The notes under the pieces are model-generated. The model saw only the letters and a program-made list of their open reading frames with translations, searched no databases and was not told the origin of the DNA. The position numbers and the translations under genes were made by a program. 64,000 nt of DNA from positions 17,354 through 81,353 of the forward strand of contig CACMKG010000002.1 of the NCBI GenBank assembly GCA_902614235.1, given 5' to 3'. This document shows, piece by piece, positions 18,322 to 28,655 of the stretch (the stretch's first letter is position 1; every line of letters begins with the position of its first letter). The stretch is from an uncultured SAR86 cluster bacterium (GTDB lineage Bacteria > Pseudomonadota > Gammaproteobacteria > Magnimaribacterales > AG-339-G14).

Positions 18322-19201
18322 AACTCAACGCTTAGCTTGTATTGATATTGGTTCAAACGCAATTAAATATCGTCAATATCGTATATCAAAACAAAAAAGT
18401 ACAAATTTTACTGAGCTAGATACTTTTAAAAGAATTTCAGTGAGACTTGGAACCGATGCATTTAAATTTAAAAAAATTTCTTCTGAAACTGAACAGAAAT
18501 TATTAAAAAGCATAATGAAACTCAAAGTTAAGGCCGATAAAAAAGATGTAAAAATAATTACTGGGGTAGCTACCTCTGCAATGAGAACAGCTTCAAATGG
18601 ACATAAAATTTGTAAAAAAATAAGAAAAAAAACCGATATAGAAATAAAAATCTTATCCGGAAATGAAGAAGCGCAGCTGCTAAATTTTTTTAATTACAAA
18701 GATTTTAATAAAGAAGAAACCTTGGTCGTGGATATTGGTGGTGGCAGTACCGAGTTGTTCCATCGAGGAAACGGCAAACATCTTGCAAAGTCTTTTCCGC
18801 TTGGTGCAGTGCGAATTTTAGAAGGAAAAGACTCACCCAAGCATTGGAATAATTTAAAAGAATGGCTAACAAAAGTTCCATCTGAAAATATAAGAAATAT
18901 AGTTGGTGTTGGTGGAAACGCTAGACTCATCAATGAAATTATCAACAGACAAGATAGAAAATCATCCTTAGAGGAATTAAAAGTTTTAAAAAAAGAACTA
19001 GAGAACAAGAATTTTGAAGAAAAAGTATCATTTTATTCTCTACCCGAGGATAGAGCCGATATTCTTGAACATGCTATAGCTATTTTTATAGAAATCATTG
19101 GATTTTTTCCTAACTCTTTCTTATTCGATAGTTCTTGGAATATTGCTGACGCAGTGATAGAAAAAGAACTACAGGAAAACAAGAATATTCAAGCAGCTTG
19201 A
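18311..19201 (+). CDS. ppx: Exopolyphosphatase, Ppx/GppA family (short form)
   Basis: IDIGSNAIK, VATSAMR, ILSGNEEA, VDIGGGSTE and DRADI motifs. Confidence 0.92.
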   Translation: MQNKTQRLACIDIGSNAIKYRQYRISKQKSTNFTELDTFKRISVRLGTDAFKFKKISSETEQKLLKSIMKLKVKADKKDVKIITGVATSAMRTASNGHKICKKIRKKTDIEIKILSGNEEAQLLNFFNYKDFNKEETLVVDIGGGSTELFHRGNGKHLAKSFPLGAVRILEGKDSPKHWNNLKEWLTKVPSENIRNIVGVGGNARLINEIINRQDRKSSLEELKVLKKELENKNFEEKVSFYSLPEDRADILEHAIAIFIEIIGFFPNSFLFDSSWNIADAVIEKELQENKNIQAA

Positions 19202-20541
19202 ATTGATTTTTCTTCATCGATTTTTACATCGATAAAGAAAGTTGCACCTTTAGGCTTATTCGATCCAATTCCTAAGGAATACCCCATCATCAAAGCTAAA
19301 TTTTTACTGATCGAAAGGCCTAAACCTGTACCGCCTATTTTTGTCGATCGACCTTTGTCTATTCTGTAAAATCTTTCAAAAATTCTTTCTCTGTATTTTT
19401 TTGGTACGCCTTTACCTTGATCTGATACGGATAGTCTTATAAAACCCTTAGAAGAGTATGATTCTTCTATGTTTATGAGGCTTTTTTTAGGCGAATGTTT
19501 GATAGCATTACTTAAGAAATTTGTCAGGATAATGTTCAAAGCAGCTGCATCAGCCATTACCCTAGTTTGTTTGTTCAAATTATTTTGCACAGTTAATTTT
19601 TTCTCTTCTAAATTGGATTTAAATCCTTCAATTAAGTTATTGACAATTGAAAATGAATCTAAAGACTCAATTGAGATCGGATATTCCCCTGCTTCCATGC
19701 TTGAAATTTTAAGCAAATCATTAACAATTACTTTCATACGTTCTGATTGAGAAGATATTGCTTCCGTGAAGAACTTAGCGTTTTCATCATCTTTAATTAA
19801 TTTATTGTTAATCAAAGTTTCAGCATTAGCTTTGATAACACTAATTGGTGTTCTCAATTCATGAGAGACGTTTCCAATAAAATCTTCTCTCATTTTTTCA
19901 AGGTTTTTAGATTTGGATATGTCACTAAAAACAATCAACAATTCATCTCTGATGTCATCTTTTTTAGCACTTACCAGATAAACAGTCTTTATAGATTTAG
20001 GGCCTGAAATCTCTCTAACCAAGTCTTCTTTAAACCAGGCTTTTTCAATAAATTTTTTTAATTGAGGGTAACTAACTTTTTGAAAGAGCTTATCGCCAAT
20101 TTTTAAGTCAGACCAAAATTCTGAATTAATAGTCTTATTCGCAAACAATACTTGATGGTTTCTATCGACTAAAATAACTCCTTGTCCCATTTTTGATAAC
20201 ACAGAGCTAAATTGTTCAGTTTGTTGAGAGTAATTAACTAGCTCATCTTTAACTTGCCTAGATTCCTTAAGAAGGTTATCAAAAATTTCTTCAGAAGCCA
20301 CTGAAGGATGATCCATATTATTTTTGGCGATAAACTGAGCTGCTGAATTTAATAGTCTTTTAAAATATTGATAAATTAAATAGGTTGCGACAATTGTGAT
20401 AAGCAATAATAAACCGATGCCTACGATTAGGTTTTCATTCAGAGAGATATCCTCTCTATAAAATATAGATGCAACCAAGCTTACTGAAGATACAAGTATT
20501 AATATCAACAGAAACAGTCTCAATTTTACCGAAAATTTCAT
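19189..20541 (-). CDS. phoR: Phosphate regulon sensor histidine kinase
   Basis: Two TM helices, PAS-like region, H-box FIGNVSHELRTP, NAIKHS, FERFYRIDKGRS...GGTGLGL; follows phoB. Confidence 0.9.
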   Translation of the reverse strand: MKFSVKLRLFLLILILVSSVSLVASIFYREDISLNENLIVGIGLLLLITIVATYLIYQYFKRLLNSAAQFIAKNNMDHPSVASEEIFDNLLKESRQVKDELVNYSQQTEQFSSVLSKMGQGVILVDRNHQVLFANKTINSEFWSDLKIGDKLFQKVSYPQLKKFIEKAWFKEDLVREISGPKSIKTVYLVSAKKDDIRDELLIVFSDISKSKNLEKMREDFIGNVSHELRTPISVIKANAETLINNKLIKDDENAKFFTEAISSQSERMKVIVNDLLKISSMEAGEYPISIESLDSFSIVNNLIEGFKSNLEEKKLTVQNNLNKQTRVMADAAALNIILTNFLSNAIKHSPKKSLINIEESYSSKGFIRLSVSDQGKGVPKKYRERIFERFYRIDKGRSTKIGGTGLGLSISKNLALMMGYSLGIGSNKPKGATFFIDVKIDEEKSIQAA

Positions 20542-21240
20542 TTATTCTGATTTATTAAAGAGATATCCTTCTCCTCTGACTGTTTCTATTTTGTCACCGT
20601 ATTTTCCAATTTTTGATCTCAATCTTTTAATATGCGTATCGACAGTTCTGGTTGTGACATCCTGGTCATAGCCCCATACTTTATTTAGTAGATTGTCTCT
20701 AGTTTGAACTTTGTCAGCTTTGGATAAGAGATGTTTGAGAAGTTTGAACTCTTTTGAGGTTAAAGATATTTTTTTATCGAATAAGTAAACTTTATGCTTA
20801 TTGGTATCTATTTTTAGGTTTTCAAAAATAAGCACTTCTTTATCGCTTTCTTCTTTTTCTTTCGAGGATCTTTTAAGCATGCCACTAACTCTAAGCAATA
20901 ACTCTCTGACACTATAAGGCTTAACAACGTAATCATCTGCCCCTACTTCAAAACCTACCACCCTATCTACTTCTTCTCCTTTGGCAGTGACCATAATAAC
21001 CAAGAGATTTTTTAGGTCGTTTTTATTTCTAATGTGTCGACAAATATCTAAACCGCTGGTATCTGGCAGCATTAGATCAAGAATAACTAGAGCTATAGAA
21101 TCATTTTTCTCAAGCACCTTCATGGCCTCTTTGCCATTCAATGCTTTTGAAACTTTGTAGCCTTCACTTTCAAAATTAAAAGAAAGAGTCTGAAGCAAAT
21201 CAGGTTCGTCTTCTACCAATAAAATGTGTTCTTTACTCAT
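20542..21240 (-). CDS. phoB: Phosphate regulon response regulator (OmpR/PhoB family)
   Basis: LVEDE, LDLMLP, TAKGEEVDRVVGFEVGADDYVVKP, TRTVDTHIKRLR; located in a phosphate-gene cluster. Confidence 0.9.
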   Translation of the reverse strand: MSKEHILLVEDEPDLLQTLSFNFESEGYKVSKALNGKEAMKVLEKNDSIALVILDLMLPDTSGLDICRHIRNKNDLKNLLVIMVTAKGEEVDRVVGFEVGADDYVVKPYSVRELLLRVSGMLKRSSKEKEESDKEVLIFENLKIDTNKHKVYLFDKKISLTSKEFKLLKHLLSKADKVQTRDNLLNKVWGYDQDVTTRTVDTHIKRLRSKIGKYGDKIETVRGEGYLFNKSE

Positions 21241-21326
21241 ACTCTAATTTTACTAGAAATAATTTTTTCTTGTTAGAAAAACAATTTAATTTGCAATCTT
21301 ATAAAGCTGTCTTACTAGTTTAACAC

Positions 21327-21794
21327 TCAGGTTAGCTCTTTTGGGCTTTTAATAAAATTAAGCTCTCCAGATAGAGTATCCGGCTCTACTAGATTTATCT
21401 GACAGATTGAGCAAGTTTTTAGATTAACATATTTGGTTTTCAACATCTCTTCAGCGACCTGAGAAATTGTAGGATTGTGTCCAAAAATAACAATATGCTT
21501 CTCACTGTTGTTTTCTAAAATTAAACTTTCATAATCTTGTAAATTTGCATGATAGAGATCATCAACAATATTAAATTTTATTGGGGTCAATACCTTTTCA
21601 AAACATTTCGCCGTTGATAAGGCTCGATTGGCTGGACTAGAAAAAAGAATGGGTCTCTCTTGAGTATTCTCAGAAAACCATTGAGCCATTTTTGGCGCAT
21701 CTCTGTTACCCCTTTCATTTAATGGTCTATCAAAATCGTCTAGAGAAAGATCTGACCAAGAAGATTTGGCATGACGTATCAGGGTCAAAATCAT
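21327..21794 (-). CDS. sixA: Phosphohistidine phosphatase, SixA family
   Basis: RHAKSSW, DFDRPLNERG, SSPANRA and GHNP motifs. Confidence 0.9.
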   Translation of the reverse strand: MILTLIRHAKSSWSDLSLDDFDRPLNERGNRDAPKMAQWFSENTQERPILFSSPANRALSTAKCFEKVLTPIKFNIVDDLYHANLQDYESLILENNSEKHIVIFGHNPTISQVAEEMLKTKYVNLKTCSICQINLVEPDTLSGELNFIKSPKELT

Positions 21795-21933
21795 TAATAA
21801 ATATAATCAATTACATAACTAATCACTGCTAAAAAAACTGTGACTGAGACCAATAAAATGATAAGCCCCCATAAGTTAAATTGTTTATCTTTTTCTTGAT
21901 CTGGCATAATAATTTTTTTTACAACAATAACAT

Positions 21934-22152
21934 ATGGCAAAAGAAGATTTAATAGAAATGGAAGGTGAAGTCATAGATACAATGCCTAATACTACTTTCA
22001 AAGTTAAATTAGAAAACGATCATGTAATCACTGCTCATATATCTGGAAAGATGAGAAAAAATTACATAAGAATTCTGACTGGAGACAAAGTGAAAGTCGA
22101 AATGACCCCTTACGATCTATCAAAAGGAAGAATAACGTTTCGTTCTAAATAG
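21934..22152 (+). CDS. infA: Translation initiation factor IF-1
   Basis: [11 protein letters not shown]...[20 protein letters not shown]. Confidence 0.99.
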   Translation: MAKEDLIEMEGEVIDTMPNTTFKVKLENDHVITAHISGKMRKNYIRILTGDKVKVEMTPYDLSKGRITFRSK

Positions 22153-22155
22153 TTT

Positions 22156-24417
22156 TTACTTATCAGCTTTTACTTCTTCTTCTGAAGATTCAAGTTCAAA
22201 CGAAATCACTAAGTCGTCTTTTTTTTCTGAAACAAGCACCACTCCACCCTTTTTAGAAAGATCTCCAAATAAGATTGATTCCGCAAGATTCTTTTTAATT
22301 TTATCTTGAATCAAGCGTTGCATTGGTCTAGCGCCCATTTTTTCATCGTAACCATTTTTAACGAGCCAAGCTCTAGCTTTGTCATCGACTTCAAGCGTGA
22401 CTTTCTTCTCATCCAATTGAGCTTGCAACTCAGTTAGGAATTTATCAAGGACCGTATGAATGACTTCTTCACTTAACGAATCAAACTGAACTATGGCATC
22501 AAGTCTATTTCTAAACTCTGGTGTGAAAGTTTTTTTGATTACTTCGGAACCATCAGTGGTGTTGTCTTGCTTTTGAAAGCCCATAGACTCTCTAGCCATT
22601 TCTTGTGCACCGGAGTTTGTCGTCATGACCAACACACAATTTCTGAAACTTGCCTTTCTACCATTGTTATCAGTCAAGGTTCCATGGTCCATTACCTGCA
22701 ACAAAACGTTGAAGACTTCTGGGTGCGCTTTTTCTATTTCATCTAAGAGAATTACAGAGTGAGGATTTTTAGTGATGGCCTCTGTTAACAGTCCCCCTTC
22801 ATCGTAACCAACGTATCCTGGAGGTGCCCCAATCAAACGTGAAACAGTATGTCTTTCCATATATTCAGACATATCAAATCTTATCAATTCGACTCCTAAT
22901 AATTGAGCCAGTTGTCTTGAAACTTCAGTTTTACCAACTCCTGTAGGTCCAGAGAATAGAAAAGAGCCCATCGGCTTTTCATCGTTACCCAATCCTGCTC
23001 GAGACATCATTATCGAGCTCGCTAGTTTATTGATTGCTTGATCTTGTCCAAAAATGACTCTCTTTAAATCTTCTTCGAGTTTTCCTAAAGAAACTCTGTC
23101 TTTGACTGAGATGCTCTTCTCAGGAATTTTTGCTATCTGTGAAATAACTTTTTGAATGTCCTGTTCTCCCACAGTTTTTCTTTTTTTGTCAGAAGAAAGC
23201 CTAATTCTTGCGCCCGCCTCATCAATCACATCAATTGCTTTGTCTGGTAAATATTTATCGTTAATATGCTTTGCTGAAAGTTCAGCTGCTGCTTTTAAAG
23301 CCGATTGCGAATATTTCAATTCATGATGCTCTTCGAATCTAGACTTGAGACCTTCTAAAATTTTTACAGTTTCCTCAATGCTAGGTTCGTCTAAATCAAC
23401 TTTTTGAAATCTTCTAGCCAAAGCTCGATCTTTTTCAAAAACAGTTCTGTATTCTTTAAAAGTTGTAGAGCCAATGAATTTAATAGGACTTTTGCCAAGA
23501 ATTGGTTTGAGCAAATTCGAAGCATCCATAACACCGCCAGAAGTTGCTCCAGCGCCAATAATCGTGTGAATTTCGTCAATAAATAATATGGCGTTATCTA
23601 TTTTTGAAAGATCTTTTAAGATCACTTTCAATCTTTTTTCAAAATCGCCTCTGTATTTTGTACCCGCAAGAAGTGATCCCATATCAAGAGAGAATATTTG
23701 TGCATTGGCTAAAGTTTCTGGAACTTTTTTGTCAATAATATTTTTTGCTAAGCCCTCGATTAAAGCAGTTTTTCCAACTCCTGATTCACCTACTAAAATT
23801 GGATTATTTTTAGATCTACGAGCAAGAATTTGTGTGATTCTTACCAGTTCGCTCTCACGACCTATGACAGGGTCAATACGTCCTTGAAGAGCTTCTTCAT
23901 TTAAGTTCAAAGCAAACTTAGAAATGTTTGAATCGGTTTTGCTTTCCACTTCCTTTTCTTCAGTAAACTCTGAAAAACTTTCATCTTCTAATTTTTTTTC
24001 GCCGTGACTTAGAAATGCAACCGCATCCAATCTATTCATACCTTGTTTTTTTAGTAAGAAAACGCTTTGACTTTCTTTTTCACTAAAAAGCGCTACCAAA
24101 ACATTGGCACCCGTTACTTCTCCGGCGCCAGTCGACTGCACATGAAAAACTGCTCTTTGAATTACTCTTTGGTAGCTTAAAGTTGGTTGAATTTCTTTGG
24201 CTTCGTCTTGAGTCAAAGGCGTGTTGTCTTCTATAAATTTTGTCAGTTCAGTTCTTAGCGTTTCGATATTAACGTTGCATGAAGTCAAAACTTTAATCGA
24301 CTCATCGTTATCTAGGATGGATAAAAGCAAATGCTCAGTGGTTACGAATTCATGTTTCTTAGAGTGAGCATATTTGAATGAATTATTCAGGCAGGTTTCA
24401 AGGTTTTTTTCTAACAT
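22156..24417 (-). CDS. clpA: ATP-dependent Clp protease ATP-binding subunit ClpA
   Basis: Two AAA+ modules (GESGVGKT, GPTGVGKT), RFDMSEYMERHTVSRLIGAPPGYVG; follows clpS. Confidence 0.98.
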   Translation of the reverse strand: MLEKNLETCLNNSFKYAHSKKHEFVTTEHLLLSILDNDESIKVLTSCNVNIETLRTELTKFIEDNTPLTQDEAKEIQPTLSYQRVIQRAVFHVQSTGAGEVTGANVLVALFSEKESQSVFLLKKQGMNRLDAVAFLSHGEKKLEDESFSEFTEEKEVESKTDSNISKFALNLNEEALQGRIDPVIGRESELVRITQILARRSKNNPILVGESGVGKTALIEGLAKNIIDKKVPETLANAQIFSLDMGSLLAGTKYRGDFEKRLKVILKDLSKIDNAILFIDEIHTIIGAGATSGGVMDASNLLKPILGKSPIKFIGSTTFKEYRTVFEKDRALARRFQKVDLDEPSIEETVKILEGLKSRFEEHHELKYSQSALKAAAELSAKHINDKYLPDKAIDVIDEAGARIRLSSDKKRKTVGEQDIQKVISQIAKIPEKSISVKDRVSLGKLEEDLKRVIFGQDQAINKLASSIMMSRAGLGNDEKPMGSFLFSGPTGVGKTEVSRQLAQLLGVELIRFDMSEYMERHTVSRLIGAPPGYVGYDEGGLLTEAITKNPHSVILLDEIEKAHPEVFNVLLQVMDHGTLTDNNGRKASFRNCVLVMTTNSGAQEMARESMGFQKQDNTTDGSEVIKKTFTPEFRNRLDAIVQFDSLSEEVIHTVLDKFLTELQAQLDEKKVTLEVDDKARAWLVKNGYDEKMGARPMQRLIQDKIKKNLAESILFGDLSKKGGVVLVSEKKDDLVISFELESSEEEVKADK

Positions 24418-24767
24418 TATTCGTCCTCTGCTGGTTCAATCTCACTAATTAAAGGGTGTTCATTTTGTTGGGCAAAATTGTTAATGTGCATTGATTTTGT
24501 CTCAGCCACTTCCCTAGTAAAAACTCCACATATGCCTTTGCCTTTGGTATGAACGGACAACATGATTTGCGTTGCCTTTTCTTTATCGAATCCAAAGAAC
24601 GATTGTAAAACATAAATTACAAATTCCATGGGAGTGTAATCATCGTTCAATAATACTACATGATACAAAGGGGGTCTTTTAAGGATTGGGTCTGAAGGTT
24701 TGACTAAAACTGATGAGTTATCATCAAATTCGTTGGCATTATTATTTTTCAAATAATTGTGTGACAT
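24417..24767 (-). CDS. clpS: ClpAP adaptor ClpS
   Basis: [34 protein letters not shown]. Confidence 0.97.
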   Translation of the reverse strand: MSHNYLKNNNANEFDDNSSVLVKPSDPILKRPPLYHVVLLNDDYTPMEFVIYVLQSFFGFDKEKATQIMLSVHTKGKGICGVFTREVAETKSMHINNFAQQNEHPLISEIEPAEDE

Positions 24768-24776
24768 TTTTTAATT

Positions 24777-26096
24777 TTATATTTCGTCTTTCACTAATTT
24801 AATCTTAGGCTCCTCATTAGCATCTGTTTTATCTATTATTTCCATACCAGAAATTATTGATTCACCGAACTCTGAACATTTTAATAAAGTTGCACCATCC
24901 ATCAATCTATCTAAATCATAAGTTACTAGCTTAGATTGAATGGACCAACTAATACCTTTGAGAACGTAATCAGCTGCCTCTTGCCAACCTAGGTGTTCTA
25001 ACATCATGTGTGCAGAAAGGATCAATGAGGAAGGATTTATTTTGTCTTTACCAGCATACTTTGGCGCTGTGCCATGCGTTGCTTCGAATAAAGCCACTGA
25101 ATCTCCTATATTTGCTCCTGGTGCTAATCCTAAGCCTCCGACTTTTGCAGCCAAGGCATCCGATATAAAATCTCCGTTCAAGTTCATCGTTGCAATCACA
25201 TCGTAATCTACTGGTCTAATAAGAATTTGTTGCAGAAAATTATCGGTAATAACGTCTTTAATTATGATCGGCCTATTTGTTTTTGGGTTTCTAATTTCCA
25301 TCCACTCTCCACCATCCAAACTAGAAGCCTCGAATTCTTTTTCTGCTAGGCTGTAGCCCCATTCCTTAAAAGAACCTTCAGTGAATTTCATGATATTACC
25401 TTTGTGAACCAGTGTGACAGAGGATCTATCATGATCAATTGCATATTCAATTGCTTTTCTTACCAATCTCTCAGAGCCTTCTTTTGAAATATTTTTGACT
25501 CCAATTCCACAATTTTGCTCAAAGCGAATGTTTTCAACTTTCATCTCTTCAACTAAAAATTTGATAACCTTTTCAGCTTCTTCGCTTCCAGCTTGAAATT
25601 CAATGCCAGTGTAGATATCTTCAGAATTTTCACGAAAGACAGTCATATCAGTGAGTTCTGGTTTTAGTACTGGAGTTGGCACGCCCTCAAAGTATCGAAT
25701 GGGGCGTTGACACAGAAAAAGGTCTAATTTCTGTCTCAAAGCAACGTTTAGAGATCTTATCCCTCCTCCGATTGGAGTTGTTAATGGACCTTTTATACCT
25801 ACTGAAAACTCTTTTAAAGCATCAATGGTTTCTTCCGGAAGCCATTCGTCATCGCCGTATACTTTCAAAGATTTTTCTCCGCAATAAACTTCCATCCAAT
25901 TAATTTTCTTTTTGCCGCCATATGCTTTTTGTACGGCATGATCGATAACCTTGAGCATAACTGGGGTGATGTCTGTTCCAATGCCATCTCCCTCTATGAA
26001 AGGAATGATTGGATTGTCAGGGACAATCAAGTTTCCCTTGTAATCATGAGTTATTTTTTCCCCACTTTCTGGGACTGTAATATTTTTAAATTCCAT
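24777..26096 (-). CDS. icd: NADP-dependent isocitrate dehydrogenase (dimeric)
   Basis: [51 protein letters not shown]. Confidence 0.97.
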   Translation of the reverse strand: MEFKNITVPESGEKITHDYKGNLIVPDNPIIPFIEGDGIGTDITPVMLKVIDHAVQKAYGGKKKINWMEVYCGEKSLKVYGDDEWLPEETIDALKEFSVGIKGPLTTPIGGGIRSLNVALRQKLDLFLCQRPIRYFEGVPTPVLKPELTDMTVFRENSEDIYTGIEFQAGSEEAEKVIKFLVEEMKVENIRFEQNCGIGVKNISKEGSERLVRKAIEYAIDHDRSSVTLVHKGNIMKFTEGSFKEWGYSLAEKEFEASSLDGGEWMEIRNPKTNRPIIIKDVITDNFLQQILIRPVDYDVIATMNLNGDFISDALAAKVGGLGLAPGANIGDSVALFEATHGTAPKYAGKDKINPSSLILSAHMMLEHLGWQEAADYVLKGISWSIQSKLVTYDLDRLMDGATLLKCSEFGESIISGMEIIDKTDANEEPKIKLVKDEI

Positions 26097-26156
26097 ATAA
26101 ACGATTTAGAATTGCAAATCTTTTAACTATTATAACATTTTTTAAAGGTCAAAGTT

Positions 26157-27224
26157 ATGGCAAATAAAGTACTGGTGGGTGTCTCAGGAGGAGTTGATTC
26201 TTCGGTTTCTGCTGCAATTTTAAAAGATAAAGGTTTTGAAGTAACTGGTGCTTTCATGAAAAATTGGGAAGACGACGATGGTACTCCCTATTGCAGTGTG
26301 AAAGAAGATTTTTTTGACGCTGCTCGAGTTTGCGATAAATTAGGTATCGAGCTCATTCAACTCAACTTTGCAAAAGAATACAAAAAGAAAGTTTTTGAAT
26401 ATTTTTTAGATAGCTTGAAAAATGGAAAAACTCCTAATCCGGATATATTTTGCAACAAATTTATAAAATTTGATGCTTTTTACGATTACGCAATTGAGAA
26501 CAATTTTGATCAGATTGCCACTGGTCACTATTGTCAAGTTGAACAAAAAGAACCCTCATGTTTACTAAAAAAGTCTCACGATCAATCGAAAGATCAAACT
26601 TACTTCTTAAATGACATAAATAAAGAGGTTTTAAATAAATGTTTATTTCCTATTGGCGATATAGAAAAAAGCCAAGTTAGAGAAATAGCTAAAAGTAGAG
26701 ATCTGGTTACTTATGACAAAAAAGATAGCACCGGCATTTGTTTTATTGGAGAAAGACCATTTCCAGAATTTTTATCTAATTATTTACCCATAAAAAAAGG
26801 AGATATTTATGATGAAAACCAAAATTTAATTGGTGAACATAATGGTGTTTATTTTTATACTCTTGGTCAAAGACAAGGACTTGGAATTGGAGGCATCAAA
26901 GGGTCTTTAGAACAACCCTGGTATGTCGCAGCTAAAGATAATCAAAAAAATTCTCTGACTGTTGTACAAGATAATAATCACCCTTTGCTTTTTAAATCTG
27001 AGTTAACTGTAAAAAAAATAAATTGGCTAGTTGAAACTATCCCTAATCTAAAAAATATAACTGCAAAAATTCGATACCGACAAAAAGAGCAAGCTTGTAC
27101 TCTACAAGAAACAGCTAGTGGCTGGAGTGTTAAATTTGATATACCGCAACGTGCTATTACTCCGGGGCAATCTGTAGTTTTATACTCTGGAGATATCTGT
27201 TTGGGTGGAGGCGAAATTGAATAA
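26157..27224 (+). CDS. mnmA: tRNA 2-thiouridylase
   Basis: SGGVDSSV, TPNPDIFCN, ATGHY, KDQTYFL, DSTGICFIG, TPGQS. Confidence 0.97.
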   Translation: MANKVLVGVSGGVDSSVSAAILKDKGFEVTGAFMKNWEDDDGTPYCSVKEDFFDAARVCDKLGIELIQLNFAKEYKKKVFEYFLDSLKNGKTPNPDIFCNKFIKFDAFYDYAIENNFDQIATGHYCQVEQKEPSCLLKKSHDQSKDQTYFLNDINKEVLNKCLFPIGDIEKSQVREIAKSRDLVTYDKKDSTGICFIGERPFPEFLSNYLPIKKGDIYDENQNLIGEHNGVYFYTLGQRQGLGIGGIKGSLEQPWYVAAKDNQKNSLTVVQDNNHPLLFKSELTVKKINWLVETIPNLKNITAKIRYRQKEQACTLQETASGWSVKFDIPQRAITPGQSVVLYSGDICLGGGEIE

Positions 27225-27261
27225 TATATCGACGATTTAATGTATAATTATTCAGCTTCTC

Positions 27262-28626
27262 ATGCTGAAAAATACTCTTAATTCAATCTCTCCTTTAGAT
27301 GGAAGATACGCAACTAAGTTAAGGGATCTGGAACAACATTTCAGCGAATTTGCCTTAATAAAAAATAGAGTTCTTGTTGAAATCAACTGGCTTATTTTTA
27401 TGTCTCGCACTAAAAGTTTGCGTTTTATTCCTGCATTGTCTAAAAACAAAGAAACTTCATTATTGAAAATAATTAATGAGTTTTCTGTGAAAGATGCCGA
27501 GCAGATAAAAAAAATAGAAGCTAAAACTAATCATGATGTTAAAGCGGTAGAAATATTTATTGGGAAAAAGTTAGAAAGTCTTAATCTTAAAAAATACTCA
27601 GAATTTGTGCATTTATTTTGTACTTCTGAAGATATCAATAACCTGTCTTACAATTTAATGCTAAAAGGTTATCTAGACAATGAATTCAAAGAAATAAATT
27701 CATTGCTTTTGAAAGATTTAAAATCTAAATCTAAAAAGTGGTCTAAGTTATCCATGTTATCTTTTACTCATGGTCAAACTGCATCACCTACAACTTTGGG
27801 TAAAGAAATTGCAAATTTTCATGAGAGAGTTAAATACCATTTGAATCTTTTAAAATTTTTAAATCCTAGCGGAAAATTTAATGGTGCAGTAGGTAATTAT
27901 AATGCACATGTAATTACTGATGATAAGGTGAATTGGCAATCTTTATCTGAAAAGTTTGTAAAATCCCTTGGCTTGAATTGGTCCAAATACTCAACCCAGA
28001 TCGAATTGAAAGATGAAATGGTAACTATCATTTCGACAATGGAAAATCTTAATAACGTTCTGTTAGATCTATCGAAAGATTGTTGGTTGTATATTTCGAA
28101 AGGATATTTAAAACAATCAATTGTTGCTGGAGAGGTAGGCTCATCAACTATGCCTCATAAGGTAAATCCTATAGATTTTGAAAATGCAGAAGGAAACTTG
28201 ACTATTTCAAACTCTATTTCTTCAGCTATAAGAGATAAGATTCAAATTTCAAGGTTGCAAAGAGATTTATCCGATTCGACAACATTAAGAAATTTGGGCT
28301 CTGCTTTTGGATATTCCTATTTAGCATACAAATCTTTACTTAAAGGATTTTCTAAAATTGAGGCAAATAAAAAACAAATTAAAGAGGATTTAGAAAATAG
28401 CTGGGAGGTTCTTGCTGAGCCGCTTCAAACGATAATGAGAAAAAATAAAATTGCCAATAGTTATGACTTGATTAAAAAGATTTCAAGAGGAAAACCGTTT
28501 GATAAAAAAATCTATTTAGATATCATAGCAGCCTTGGATATTAGTGAAAAAGATAAAGCTAAACTTTCTCAGTTAACTCCATTAAAATATACCGGCCTGG
28601 CTGAGAAATTAGCCAAAGAGATTTAA
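27262..28626 (+). CDS. purB: Adenylosuccinate lyase
   Basis: ISPLDGRY, TNHDVKAVE, GSSTMPHKVNPIDFEN, SRLQRDL. Confidence 0.97.
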   Translation: MLKNTLNSISPLDGRYATKLRDLEQHFSEFALIKNRVLVEINWLIFMSRTKSLRFIPALSKNKETSLLKIINEFSVKDAEQIKKIEAKTNHDVKAVEIFIGKKLESLNLKKYSEFVHLFCTSEDINNLSYNLMLKGYLDNEFKEINSLLLKDLKSKSKKWSKLSMLSFTHGQTASPTTLGKEIANFHERVKYHLNLLKFLNPSGKFNGAVGNYNAHVITDDKVNWQSLSEKFVKSLGLNWSKYSTQIELKDEMVTIISTMENLNNVLLDLSKDCWLYISKGYLKQSIVAGEVGSSTMPHKVNPIDFENAEGNLTISNSISSAIRDKIQISRLQRDLSDSTTLRNLGSAFGYSYLAYKSLLKGFSKIEANKKQIKEDLENSWEVLAEPLQTIMRKNKIANSYDLIKKISRGKPFDKKIYLDIIAALDISEKDKAKLSQLTPLKYTGLAEKLAKEI

Positions 28627-28655
28627 AACTTACAAATACAATTTAGGGGAACTCC

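Noticed and set aside
1-21794. Island as a mobile element or prophage
   Set aside because: No integrase, transposase, tRNA attachment site or phage gene is visible in the window.
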